Origin: an uncultured virus (IMG/VR IMGVR_UViG_3300037400_001705)
Taxonomy: Duplodnaviria; Heunggongvirae; Uroviricota; Caudoviricetes
Length of the DNA stretch: 64,000 nucleotides
IMG/VR virus record: IMGVR_UViG_3300037400_001705
Reading direction: 5' to 3' (one strand)
Shown: positions 30,304-38,971 of the stretch, in pieces
How the letters are laid out: each line of letters begins with the position of its first letter
How positions within the stretch are numbered: the stretch's first letter is position 1
Translations under genes and position numbers: made by a program
Notes under the pieces: model-generated
Told to the model about the DNA's origin: nothing
Databases searched by the model: none
Seen by the model: the letters and a program-made list of their open reading frames with translations, nothing else

Positions 30304-30780
30304 ATGAAAAGAATAAATATACTAATCGTTATCATTGCCGCTGCCTTGTTTACAGCTTGCTCTAAACCGAATTTGGAAGACAGGGCCAGAGAGCGTGCAA
30401 AGGCTAATCTTGAAATCAGATTGAAAGATTCTGAGGTGTCGTCGTATGAACTGCGGAATGAGAAGGTAGACTTCTCTGGTGATTCAATCTGCATCCTACA
30501 GTTCGAGGTAAATGCTCGTAGTGTATATGGGGAGACTTGTGTCATTCCTATGGAATATATCATTGGCTGGACTACCGTCAATCCGTCTTTATACGAAGCA
30601 TTATATCCCATTGACAGGAACAAGAAACCGCTACCCATAAAAGTGATAGCAAGGAATTTAACCAAAAAGGCTCTTCCTGATGACAAAAAAGAATGCGAAA
30701 GAATACTCCGCATATACGCTTCTTCACAAATGGTCATAAGTGGCCGCAAAGTCAAAGACATTGCGGTTTTCGAACCATAA
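30304..30780 (+). CDS. lipoprotein moron, antisense to the tail operon
   Basis: Signal peptide with lipobox LFTAC; own TACATTTG box at 30292-30299. Confidence 0.8.
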   Translation: MKRINILIVIIAAALFTACSKPNLEDRARERAKANLEIRLKDSEVSSYELRNEKVDFSGDSICILQFEVNARSVYGETCVIPMEYIIGWTTVNPSLYEALYPIDRNKKPLPIKVIARNLTKKALPDDKKECERILRIYASSQMVISGRKVKDIAVFEP

Positions 30781-30851
30781 AAACAAAACTTTTTTGTCAT
30801 AGTCGTTATCCTGTTTATGTTGTGTGTGTTGCTGTGTCATAGCAACCATGA

Positions 30852-31103
30852 TTACTCTACTTTCCCATTCAAAAAGTCATTCAGGGAGAATGTCTTTCCT
30901 GCATAACTCTTGCCGTTGCGGTCTTTCTTCCATGCCTCTACCAAATCCTTCATTTCGTCCTCTTCCTGCTTGGTGGCTATCATCGACTTCTTGCCCGTCT
31001 TGTCTTTATTGGAACCATATTCTACGGTGGGCTGGTCCATAATCATCAAGTCTATCTGAGCCGATGTATAACCGAAACGCCATCCGTATTCCATAATACC
31101 CAT
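30852..31103 (-). CDS. tail assembly chaperone, frameshift extension (gpT-like)
   Basis: Frame is open upstream to the A10 run in the preceding gene. Confidence 0.65.
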   Translation of the reverse strand: MGIMEYGWRFGYTSAQIDLMIMDQPTVEYGSNKDKTGKKSMIATKQEEDEMKDLVEAWKKDRNGKSYAGKTFSLNDFLNGKVE

Positions 31104-31135
31104 AAATGGAGTAAACAGGAATGGGAATTTTTCTG

Positions 31136-31606
31136 CTACGGAGTGGTTGCCGCCCCATGATGTGCGACTTGGCCACGCTCGTGTCGTGCTGTCGTCATCA
31201 TCGTGTCCATTGCCTCTACCATCAATACGGTACTCAGACCTAATGCGTCTGACCGCTCCTTGATTTTTTTTTTACTCGTCAAGATGACTTCCATCTGAAA
31301 CGCAGTACAACGTTCACGCTTCACATACCAGAGCCAACGCCAGTAAATCCAATAACCCAGCCAACTCAGTACCCACGTCAGAAAACCACTCTTGCGGTCC
31401 AGCTTGACAAGAGAGAACCATTTTACCAGACGCTTCTCAGCATTTTTCTCTTTCAGCATCAGGTGGGCTATACGGGCCTCTGTATCTTTGTGGAGCCACC
31501 CAATAGTGATTACACGACCGTTGACCTTAACAGTCTCACGCTCGTTTCTTGTTAAGTCGCTCAATAGCTCCTGTACGTCTATCTCTGGCTGTTTTACTTC
31601 TTCCAT
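31136..31606 (-). CDS. tail assembly chaperone (gpG-like)
   Basis: Lies between tail tube and tape measure genes; contains slippery A10 run. Confidence 0.7.
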   Translation of the reverse strand: MEEVKQPEIDVQELLSDLTRNERETVKVNGRVITIGWLHKDTEARIAHLMLKEKNAEKRLVKWFSLVKLDRKSGFLTWVLSWLGYWIYWRWLWYVKRERCTAFQMEVILTSKKKIKERSDALGLSTVLMVEAMDTMMTTARHERGQVAHHGAATTP

Positions 31607-31728
31607 TCTTTTCTTTCTTCTTCTTTTGTCCGCTATACCATAGCGGAGTTAAACAAAAAGAGTGGCAAAGCGGAATGCCCGCCCGCCACTCGGTTCTCTA
31701 CTGTTCCTGCTACTCGGGCAGGTCCAGT

Positions 31729-32298
31729 TTAAGAGGTCTTCTTCTTCAAGAAGATAACGTCTGGGTTCGTGCCGTCGCTCTCGATGGAACCGTTGAAGTC
31801 AACAGCCATAACGCCCTTCGCGTCTGAGTCAAGAACCAGACTGGCAAACAGGACGGTGTTGTTGAGGACCATGATGCGGTCTTTCTGGCTGTTGACAATC
31901 ATCCAGGTGCCCTGCACCTTCTTGTTCTTCAGCACAAGGGCAAGGCCCTCGTAGTCCACGCTGTCGACTGTACCCTCGATTTCGCTGACGGCATCAGAGC
32001 CAAAGGCAAGCGTCAGAATGTCCTCGGAGATAGAGGGAACGCGGAAGCCCAGGTCGATGTCGCCCGGATCGGACTCGGTAACCCACGCACCGGCAAGGCC
32101 GATGATGTTGTACTCTTCCGTGTCGGCCTCGCCCTGCTCGAAATTCAGGGAGTCAACCTTACAGGGAACGTCCAGTTCGGGGGCGGCAGTGAAAGTCTTC
32201 GTACCACCCTGACCTTCAGTAATGGTTAGTGCTGCACTCTGGTAAAGCAGTGAGCTGGGGCCACTGAACTTGTCTGCTAACTGAGATTTTGTCTTCAT
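31729..32298 (-). CDS. major tail tube protein
   Basis: 189 aa, acidic, beta-rich; synteny. Confidence 0.75.
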   Translation of the reverse strand: MKTKSQLADKFSGPSSLLYQSAALTITEGQGGTKTFTAAPELDVPCKVDSLNFEQGEADTEEYNIIGLAGAWVTESDPGDIDLGFRVPSISEDILTLAFGSDAVSEIEGTVDSVDYEGLALVLKNKKVQGTWMIVNSQKDRIMVLNNTVLFASLVLDSDAKGVMAVDFNGSIESDGTNPDVIFLKKKTS

Positions 32299-32362
32299 AG
32301 TTATATGCTTTAAAATGTTAATAAAAATCTTCTTCTATTGGTTGTGATGTCATCGCAACACT

Positions 32363-32782
32363 CTACACCATCGTTGTCATCTTTGCCTGTATGCGTGTGT
32401 AGTGGTAGCCGTGTCCGTCGCTTGATGCAGGAATGACCGTACGGGGAAAGTCTATCTTGAACTGGTTGGGTACGACGATTGGAAACTTTTCCATCAATGC
32501 CTTTCTCAGTCGTTTCATTGCAGGCTGGTTGAACTCTTTCGGGTTGCTTCGGGTTTTCCTGTCAGCAACATATATCTCAAAGACAACGGTCATGTCAAAC
32601 CACCAGTCATCAGCCTCACCAAGAGTCTTATTGACGGTAGAGTATGGCAGGGAAACGACGATAAACTCTGTCAGTGTCTCGTCGGAGGCATTGGGACGCT
32701 CCTGTAGGAACGTCTTTTCGCACACCGTCTGCGATTCCTTATCCATTGTCTCAAGTATATCCTCTGGAGTAATCATAGTCAT
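32363..32782 (-). CDS. tail terminator-like protein
   Basis: Synteny and size. Confidence 0.6.
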   Translation of the reverse strand: MTMITPEDILETMDKESQTVCEKTFLQERPNASDETLTEFIVVSLPYSTVNKTLGEADDWWFDMTVVFEIYVADRKTRSNPKEFNQPAMKRLRKALMEKFPIVVPNQFKIDFPRTVIPASSDGHGYHYTRIQAKMTTMV

Positions 32783-33339
32783 GCAAACCTAAACGCTCTG
32801 ATGTCACCACCACGACTTTCAATGTCATCGGCAATCTGCAAGAGAACCTTATTGCCGCCTACCATCTTGGCATAATCGACAACAGTAACCACTCTGTACG
32901 CTAAAGAGTTCTTGTCTTTTGGAACTCTTGGAGCATTCCTTCTGAGCCACCTCACCACTTCTGCATCAGCTAAGATGTGACGCATGCCTTCGGTAGCCTT
33001 GAAGGTGTATTCCTGGGTGCTGCCATCATAACGCTGACGGCCCTTGAGGAACTTGTCACCTTCTGCAAGCGTCAACTGAATGGGTGATTCCCCTTCTATG
33101 TCGCTGCTGGTGGCACAGGCAATGAACTCGCCGTTTCTGTAAATGGCAATGCCAAAGGAGTTGATATAGTTGCCAGTCATGTCAGACTTTTTCAGCTCGC
33201 CCATCTTCTCACGGGCAAAAGCATGTATCTCGGACATGACAAACGGCAATGATTTCACCATCTCACGCTGAGCCTTGTTATAGGCATTCTTGCGAATGTT
33301 CTCGAAGACATGCTTGATATTGCTTCTACGTACCGCCAT
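32779..33339 (-). CDS. neck/tail completion protein
   Basis: DMTGNYINSF motif; synteny. Confidence 0.6.
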   Translation of the reverse strand: MAVRRSNIKHVFENIRKNAYNKAQREMVKSLPFVMSEIHAFAREKMGELKKSDMTGNYINSFGIAIYRNGEFIACATSSDIEGESPIQLTLAEGDKFLKGRQRYDGSTQEYTFKATEGMRHILADAEVVRWLRRNAPRVPKDKNSLAYRVVTVVDYAKMVGGNKVLLQIADDIESRGGDIRAFRFA

Positions 33340-33341
33340 AA

Positions 33342-33734
33342 TTACTGCTCCATGTTGGCATTTCGGTTCATTTCCCCATAGACAACGCTCCTGTTGTTGT
33401 CGGGCTCGAAATCCTTGACTTCCCATTCCTCGGTGATATTACCTTTTACTGCTATCAGAATATCACCCGACATTGGTATCAGGCCTGCCGTAGTTCCCGA
33501 AGCGTAAGCTCCGGGCTTACCCCACTCGTCAAAGCGAACTGGAATACTGGCCTTGCGCTTGTTGCTGTCAACTTTAGCGTCCCCCGTTGTCGTGGTGTCT
33601 GTATAGCTGCGGCCTATACCCTCATAGACGATTTGCTCTGCAAGCTCTCCCTCGGAGTACCTGTCTGGCACTTCTCGCCTCACTATCTTGATAGTGTGAG
33701 GGTATCGCGGATTACTGACCTCATTCTTCCTCAT
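33342..33734 (-). CDS. head closure-like protein
   Basis: NPRYPHTIKI; synteny. Confidence 0.6.
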   Translation of the reverse strand: MRKNEVSNPRYPHTIKIVRREVPDRYSEGELAEQIVYEGIGRSYTDTTTTGDAKVDSNKRKASIPVRFDEWGKPGAYASGTTAGLIPMSGDILIAVKGNITEEWEVKDFEPDNNRSVVYGEMNRNANMEQ

Positions 33735-33769
33735 ACGTTCTTGCTCTTCTTCATTTGTCCGTGATGCCA

Positions 33770-34213
33770 TCACGGCATTGCAATATGCGGAAGTGGGATG
33801 CCTGCCTCATTGTAGTCACAGGGCTGAATCCCAAAGCTGCTTACTGTCACCTCTACAGAGTCATCGTAGTCAAACTCTTCGCCATACTTGTCATAGATGG
33901 TCTTGGCGTAAGCCAGCATACGGTCTTTGTCTTCATCCGTCAACTGATAGCCGCCCTCGGAATGACTCCATCCGTTGTCAGAGTCGGAAGTGGAGTTGAC
34001 CTTGCTCGGACTCATGCAAATCCAAACATACAGGTCAGCCTTGAGCAGGTCACGGTCACGCTGATCCACAGAGCCGTAACGTGTCGTCGGCTCTATATTA
34101 CGCTCTGCGCAAATAGCCGTAACAGCTCCGTCGGGAACGGCAAAGTTTACACAATCGGAGAGGTATTCCCCGACTGTGTAAATATTTGCACATTGTTTAC
34201 AGCTACAACGCAT
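33770..34213 (-). CDS. head-tail adaptor-like protein
   Basis: Directly after the capsid gene; DLLKADLY. Confidence 0.6.
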   Translation of the reverse strand: MRCSCKQCANIYTVGEYLSDCVNFAVPDGAVTAICAERNIEPTTRYGSVDQRDRDLLKADLYVWICMSPSKVNSTSDSDNGWSHSEGGYQLTDEDKDRMLAYAKTIYDKYGEEFDYDDSVEVTVSSFGIQPCDYNEAGIPLPHIAMP

Positions 34214-34229
34214 ACAGGCTCACGATGAA

Positions 34230-35438
34230 TTAATCCATGATGTTCAGATAGTAGAACCAGCGGGTCTGTGTGGGCACACACAGGGTCTGGCTCTCGGACT
34301 TCGTCTTGATGGTCATGTGCTCACCGTCGCGAATCTCGCGAATCAGAGTGCGGCCACCGTCGAACAATGCGCTGCGGGTGTTGCCAGAGTCGATGAAGAT
34401 GGGCTTACCGCTCTGCACGCTACCAATGTCACCGTTGGGAACATACACCAGCACACCTTCCTTGAAGGCCTGGATATTCTTGTAGGCAGCTTTCTTGGTC
34501 TTCGGGTTGATGAACTCGACGCTGCCAACAGCATCAATAACCTCGATGCGACCAATGCGACTCTGGATATAGGCCCAGATGGTGTCTTCCTCGATGGTGT
34601 TAGCCCATGCAACGCGGGTGTCATCACTGGTGATGTCGGGACGTGTGGCAAGAGCATACATCTGACGGAAGTACGGCATGGCCAGCAGGTCATCCTTTGT
34701 GCGCTTGGAGCACTCCCAGTGTCCGGCGGGGGCAAAGTCGTTCTCTTCGGCATTGCGGATAATCTTCTTAGCAACGTCGATGGGCTTGGTGCTGCCACTC
34801 GTTACGCCAGCATCCTGACTGACGGTGCCATCCTTCGACTTCGTGAACCAGACGCTCGTGGTCTTGTTCTTTGCAGGAACACCAAAGTCAATCTCAACGG
34901 GCAGACCGTAGGGGTTGTTCTCGGCGTTGATGATGAGCTTACCTTCGTTACCAACAATCTGGTGGCGCTGGAACATCACCGTGTTGAAGTTACCACCGAT
35001 AAGGTCATCCGTGGCGGTGAAGAACAGGGACATAACGGCATCAACAATCTCGTTGTTCATGCCACCAAGGGCATCCGTGAGAGCCATCTTCTCCTTGATC
35101 TTCTTGCGGTCGAGGTATACTTCATGCTTGAAGATGGGAATCTCACCACTCTTCAGCATCATACCGTCAACGCTCTTCGAAGGACCGTCAGAGTCGTAGT
35201 CTACGTAGGCGGCCATCGTGTAAGGACGGATGGTGGCCTCAATCTGCTCGTAGGTCGGGTGCAGCTTGATGTCGGAGTCAAGAGGGAAGCCCATCTGAGA
35301 ATAAGTCTTCTCGGCGTTCCACTTCTCGGCAAACATGTCGTTGAGATACATGTCAAGGCTGACCTGACCGTTCACAATGTAGCCCATCGAGGCAAGGCCC
35401 TGGGCTATGAAATCGTAAAATTGTGCGTCTCTAATCAT
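34230..35438 (-). CDS. major capsid protein
   Basis: About 400 aa; MAAYVDYDS, IDFGVP; follows scaffold and decoration genes. Confidence 0.85.
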   Translation of the reverse strand: MIRDAQFYDFIAQGLASMGYIVNGQVSLDMYLNDMFAEKWNAEKTYSQMGFPLDSDIKLHPTYEQIEATIRPYTMAAYVDYDSDGPSKSVDGMMLKSGEIPIFKHEVYLDRKKIKEKMALTDALGGMNNEIVDAVMSLFFTATDDLIGGNFNTVMFQRHQIVGNEGKLIINAENNPYGLPVEIDFGVPAKNKTTSVWFTKSKDGTVSQDAGVTSGSTKPIDVAKKIIRNAEENDFAPAGHWECSKRTKDDLLAMPYFRQMYALATRPDITSDDTRVAWANTIEEDTIWAYIQSRIGRIEVIDAVGSVEFINPKTKKAAYKNIQAFKEGVLVYVPNGDIGSVQSGKPIFIDSGNTRSALFDGGRTLIREIRDGEHMTIKTKSESQTLCVPTQTRWFYYLNIMD

Positions 35439-35455
35439 AATCTGCTCCTTTCTTG

Positions 35456-36118
35456 TTAGGCGGTTACAGTTACTACACACTCAGCAGTACGTACATGACC
35501 GCCAATGGTGGAACTGGCAGTAATGACGGCGGTTCCTGCTGCAACACCCGTAACGGTGCCGTTGGAAACGGTGGCCACACTGGTGTCGCTCGATTCCCAA
35601 GTGACGGTCTCGCCAGCGGGGTCGGTGGTAGCAGTCAGCGTTGTTGTAGCCAATGCGGCAACGGTAGCCGTGGTCTTGTTCAATGAGATGCTGCCAAGCA
35701 GTGCCTTGTAGGCATCCTTGCGCAGACGTTCAAAAGTGATGTTCGGGAACAGACGGCTCTCCACACGGGCGGGAACGTCTACGGCATCACCCCACAGCTT
35801 GCCTTCGATGACGATGGCAACACTGGCAAAGTAGGTCCCCTCCACTACCTTTACGTCGTGGCGGGTAAGACCATTCACAGAGTCAAGCTTGGTGTTGTTG
35901 TCGGTGCTATGGATAATCTCGGCAAAGTCACTCTCGTTGTCGAAGTGAACCATCGTACCAGCAGGAATCACCGTACCAGCCTCAATGCCGGTAAGGTCAA
36001 GCTTACGACCAAAGTGAATCATCTTCTTGACATCAATCCAACACTCAACGTTACCGCCAAGCATTTCGGTGGAACGCTTACTGATGGTGTTGTCAGTTCC
36101 TCTGTTGTAAATGTCCAT
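35456..36118 (-). CDS. head decoration protein with C-terminal Ig-like (Big_2) domain
   Basis: IPAGT motif; VTWESSDTSVATVSNGTVTGVAAGTAVITA. Confidence 0.85.
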   Translation of the reverse strand: MDIYNRGTDNTISKRSTEMLGGNVECWIDVKKMIHFGRKLDLTGIEAGTVIPAGTMVHFDNESDFAEIIHSTDNNTKLDSVNGLTRHDVKVVEGTYFASVAIVIEGKLWGDAVDVPARVESRLFPNITFERLRKDAYKALLGSISLNKTTATVAALATTTLTATTDPAGETVTWESSDTSVATVSNGTVTGVAAGTAVITASSTIGGHVRTAECVVTVTA

Positions 36119-36215
36119 GATGAATCTTTTTAATAATAAATAATGTTACCTGAAAACAATCTCACAGGGATTTGCCCCTGTGCCCTGTGCATCAGCGCAG
36201 GGTCTGCCCTAAAAG

Positions 36216-36923
36216 CTATTTCTTCTCTTCGGGCTTAGGGAGCTTGCCGCGAGCACGCATCTTAGCCTTAAACTCTTCGCGCTTCGCGATAGCTTCCTTG
36301 TCGGGTCCGTCGGTACGATGCTCCTGACCCTTACGGGGACGCTCGAACTTGATGCCTGCATCCTTCAACTCTTGGTAATAGGCTTCCTCTGCGTCCTTTG
36401 CCAGCTTGGCAATGTCATGAGTCTGGCCATCTTCGAGTTTCGGGAGCTGAATCTTGGCAATGGTAGCGTTGACGAAATACGAGTTAGGGGTGATTTTCCC
36501 TTCCTTGAACGTCTCAGCAAGCTTGTTGCGGACCTGGGCGATAACAGCATCATTTGCCGCCTTTTCGTCCTTTTCTTTGAGAGACTTCTTAAGACCGTCA
36601 ATCTCATCCTTCAAGGCTTTGAGTTTCGGGTCATCCTCATCCTCTTCCTGATGCTCATTGGGCTTCGGCTTTGGAGAAGTCTGCGTCGGATGCTTTTTCT
36701 TCCAGTCGTTAATCTGGTTGCCTGCTTCCTTTGCAACATTACCGTTCATGCGGAGCAAACGCTGGGCAATCCTCTTGCAGAATGCTTCATCGGCTTGGCT
36801 GTCTTCGGTGATTCCTGCGATAGCGTCATCCAACTCTGCGTTAATAGTCTCTTCACTGAGCACTGTGATGCGTGATTCGCCATACTGTGCTTCTACTAAT
36901 GGTCTGAGTGATTCTCTATCCAT
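36216..36923 (-). CDS. capsid scaffolding-like protein
   Basis: Charged helical ORF upstream of capsid genes. Confidence 0.65.
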   Translation of the reverse strand: MDRESLRPLVEAQYGESRITVLSEETINAELDDAIAGITEDSQADEAFCKRIAQRLLRMNGNVAKEAGNQINDWKKKHPTQTSPKPKPNEHQEEDEDDPKLKALKDEIDGLKKSLKEKDEKAANDAVIAQVRNKLAETFKEGKITPNSYFVNATIAKIQLPKLEDGQTHDIAKLAKDAEEAYYQELKDAGIKFERPRKGQEHRTDGPDKEAIAKREEFKAKMRARGKLPKPEEKK

Positions 36924-37007
36924 GATTTTTAAAGTTTGTATATTGATGATTTCAACATTTCCTCTTCTTCTATTGCCTGCAATGTCATTGCAGAAACTTC
37001 CATCTTG

Positions 37008-37080
37008 TAGCGGGAAACGGGTTCGAACCGCCGACCTCCAGGCTATGACCCCGGCGAGCTACCAACTGCTCCATCCCGCG
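37008..37080 (-). tRNA. tRNA-Met(CAT), initiator-like
   Basis: CGCGGGATGGAGCAGTTGGTAGCTCG-CCGGG-GTCATAG-CCTGG-AGGTC-GGCGGTTCGAACCCGTT-TCCCGCTA; unpaired 1:72. Confidence 0.85.
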
Positions 37081-37201
37081 GTGTAAAAACCCCAACGCTT
37101 TGGGGTTGTAAAACGTTACTATAACCTTAACCACAAATTTTTAAGTTATGAAAAAGATTAGACCCTCACGGGCACAATTTGAATAAATATGCTAATTTTT
37201 T

Positions 37202-37276
37202 GCAAAAATATGAATAAATTTCGTATAAAACAAATATTTTTGCGTATTTTTGCAGAAAATTATGTATAATTATACG
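37202..37276. promoter_or_regulatory. divergent promoters for structural and packaging operons, with palindrome
   Basis: TATTTTTGC on minus (37202-37210) and plus (37245-37253); GTATAATTATAC palindrome. Confidence 0.65.
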
Positions 37277-37287
37277 ATTTAGGGTGG

Positions 37288-38958
37288 ATGGAAAAGTTTT
37301 CAGGACTCTATATGCCCGATGGTGAGCCTATCCTGACACAGGAGTACATCAATACCCTCCAGCAGCAGGCGATTGCTAAAAAATTAAAGAACGCAATCGT
37401 ACCGCAAGCTGGAGGGCAGGAAAATATGCTCTCTACCAACGTAGACATTCTTATCTGTGGCGGCTCTCGCGGTGGAAGTAAAAGTTTTTCGGGATTGATG
37501 GAAGCACAAAAAGACATTCTGAATCCTGATTTTCATGCGGCTGTATTTAGAAACAACAAAAAGGCCATGGAAAAACTGATACGTGATTCACGTAAACTTT
37601 TTTCACAATTTGGCACGTACAACAAGTCGCAGTCTGATATGACTTGGAACTTCAATGCAGGCGGCACCCTCGGATTCTACTACCATGATGACAGCTACGA
37701 GGACTTTAAAGAACGTTTCCAAGGCCAGGAATATGCCTACATCTTCATAGACGAGATAACACACATCGAATACAACAAGTTCAAATACCTCACGACGTGT
37801 AACCGTAATGCCTACGGCATTCGCAACCGCTTTTGGGGTACTTGTAACCCCGACCCTCGCTCATGGGTACGTCAGTTTATCGACTGGTGGATTGACAAAG
37901 ACGGATATATCGACCCGGAACGTGACGGAAAGGTGCGCTACTGCTTCATGAAGGGTGACCGCATCAATCAGATTGTCTGGGGTGACACGCGAGAAGAGGT
38001 GTACCTAAAATGCAAGGAAGAGATTGATGAGGTCTGGAATCCTAAGTTTGACGAATATGGCATGACAAAGGAACAGATGGTAATGTCGGTGGCTTTCGTC
38101 CGTGCTGACCTCTCGCAGAATCCTATGCTTCTGCTCTCTGACCCTACCTATCTCGCACGTCTGGCACAGCAGGACAAAGGACAGGTATTGCGCGACCTTA
38201 AAGCCAACTGGAACGCTTCCGAGGCTGGCGATGACATGATTTCCTACGACGAACTGGAATCAGTATTCTCCAATGCCTACCAGTACGGCGATGGCGTCAG
38301 ACGGTGTACGGCTGATATTGCACTCGAAGGTGGTGACAACCTTGTCATGTACCTATGGATTGGCTACCACGTCGCTGACTTCTGCTGTGTCAACGTCAAT
38401 TCCAAGACGGCTGTCTCTGTCATCAAGCACAAACTGAAGGAGTGGGGGGTACTCGAAGAGAATTTCTGCTACGACTTGCAGGGTGTCGGACAACTCGTAA
38501 AAGGTTTCTTTCCCGAGGCTATACCATTCAACAACCAGGCAGCTCCAATCGCAGACGAGGATGACGACTATGATGATGGCGTGAAGTATCTCTATAAGGA
38601 CCTCAAATCACAATGCGCATACCTCACATACCGCAAACTCAAGGAACTGAATATCTCTTTCGATGCAAGCCTGCTCGATAGAAAGGTGTCGGGTAACGGC
38701 TACGAGGACATCATGCTTCGTGACGTGTTGCAGAAAGAACGTATGTCGCTGCGTCGCGATCCTGACACCAAGGATAAAGGCTTTTGCCTCATGCCAAAGA
38801 AAAAATCAAAACTGATTGTCGGACACTCGCCTGACTGGTGGGAATCTCTATACTTCAGAGCATACTTTGATATTGCGGAAGCTGGCGGCGCCAATATTGA
38901 TGGCTCGTGGATGCTGGGCGCAGATATGGAAATGAATTTTGATATGGAATTTAATTAA
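37288..38958 (+). CDS. terL: terminase large subunit
   Basis: GGSRGGSKS Walker A, IFIDE Walker B, TCNP coupling motif, C-terminal HSPD. Confidence 0.93.
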   Translation: MEKFSGLYMPDGEPILTQEYINTLQQQAIAKKLKNAIVPQAGGQENMLSTNVDILICGGSRGGSKSFSGLMEAQKDILNPDFHAAVFRNNKKAMEKLIRDSRKLFSQFGTYNKSQSDMTWNFNAGGTLGFYYHDDSYEDFKERFQGQEYAYIFIDEITHIEYNKFKYLTTCNRNAYGIRNRFWGTCNPDPRSWVRQFIDWWIDKDGYIDPERDGKVRYCFMKGDRINQIVWGDTREEVYLKCKEEIDEVWNPKFDEYGMTKEQMVMSVAFVRADLSQNPMLLLSDPTYLARLAQQDKGQVLRDLKANWNASEAGDDMISYDELESVFSNAYQYGDGVRRCTADIALEGGDNLVMYLWIGYHVADFCCVNVNSKTAVSVIKHKLKEWGVLEENFCYDLQGVGQLVKGFFPEAIPFNNQAAPIADEDDDYDDGVKYLYKDLKSQCAYLTYRKLKELNISFDASLLDRKVSGNGYEDIMLRDVLQKERMSLRRDPDTKDKGFCLMPKKKSKLIVGHSPDWWESLYFRAYFDIAEAGGANIDGSWMLGADMEMNFDMEFN

Positions 38959-38971
38959 ACAGGATAACAAT

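Noticed and set aside
12592..35459. Long + strand ORFs antisense to structural genes (e.g. 34317-35459, 25022-26652)
   Set aside because: Shadow ORFs of codon-biased minus-strand genes with no recognisable motifs
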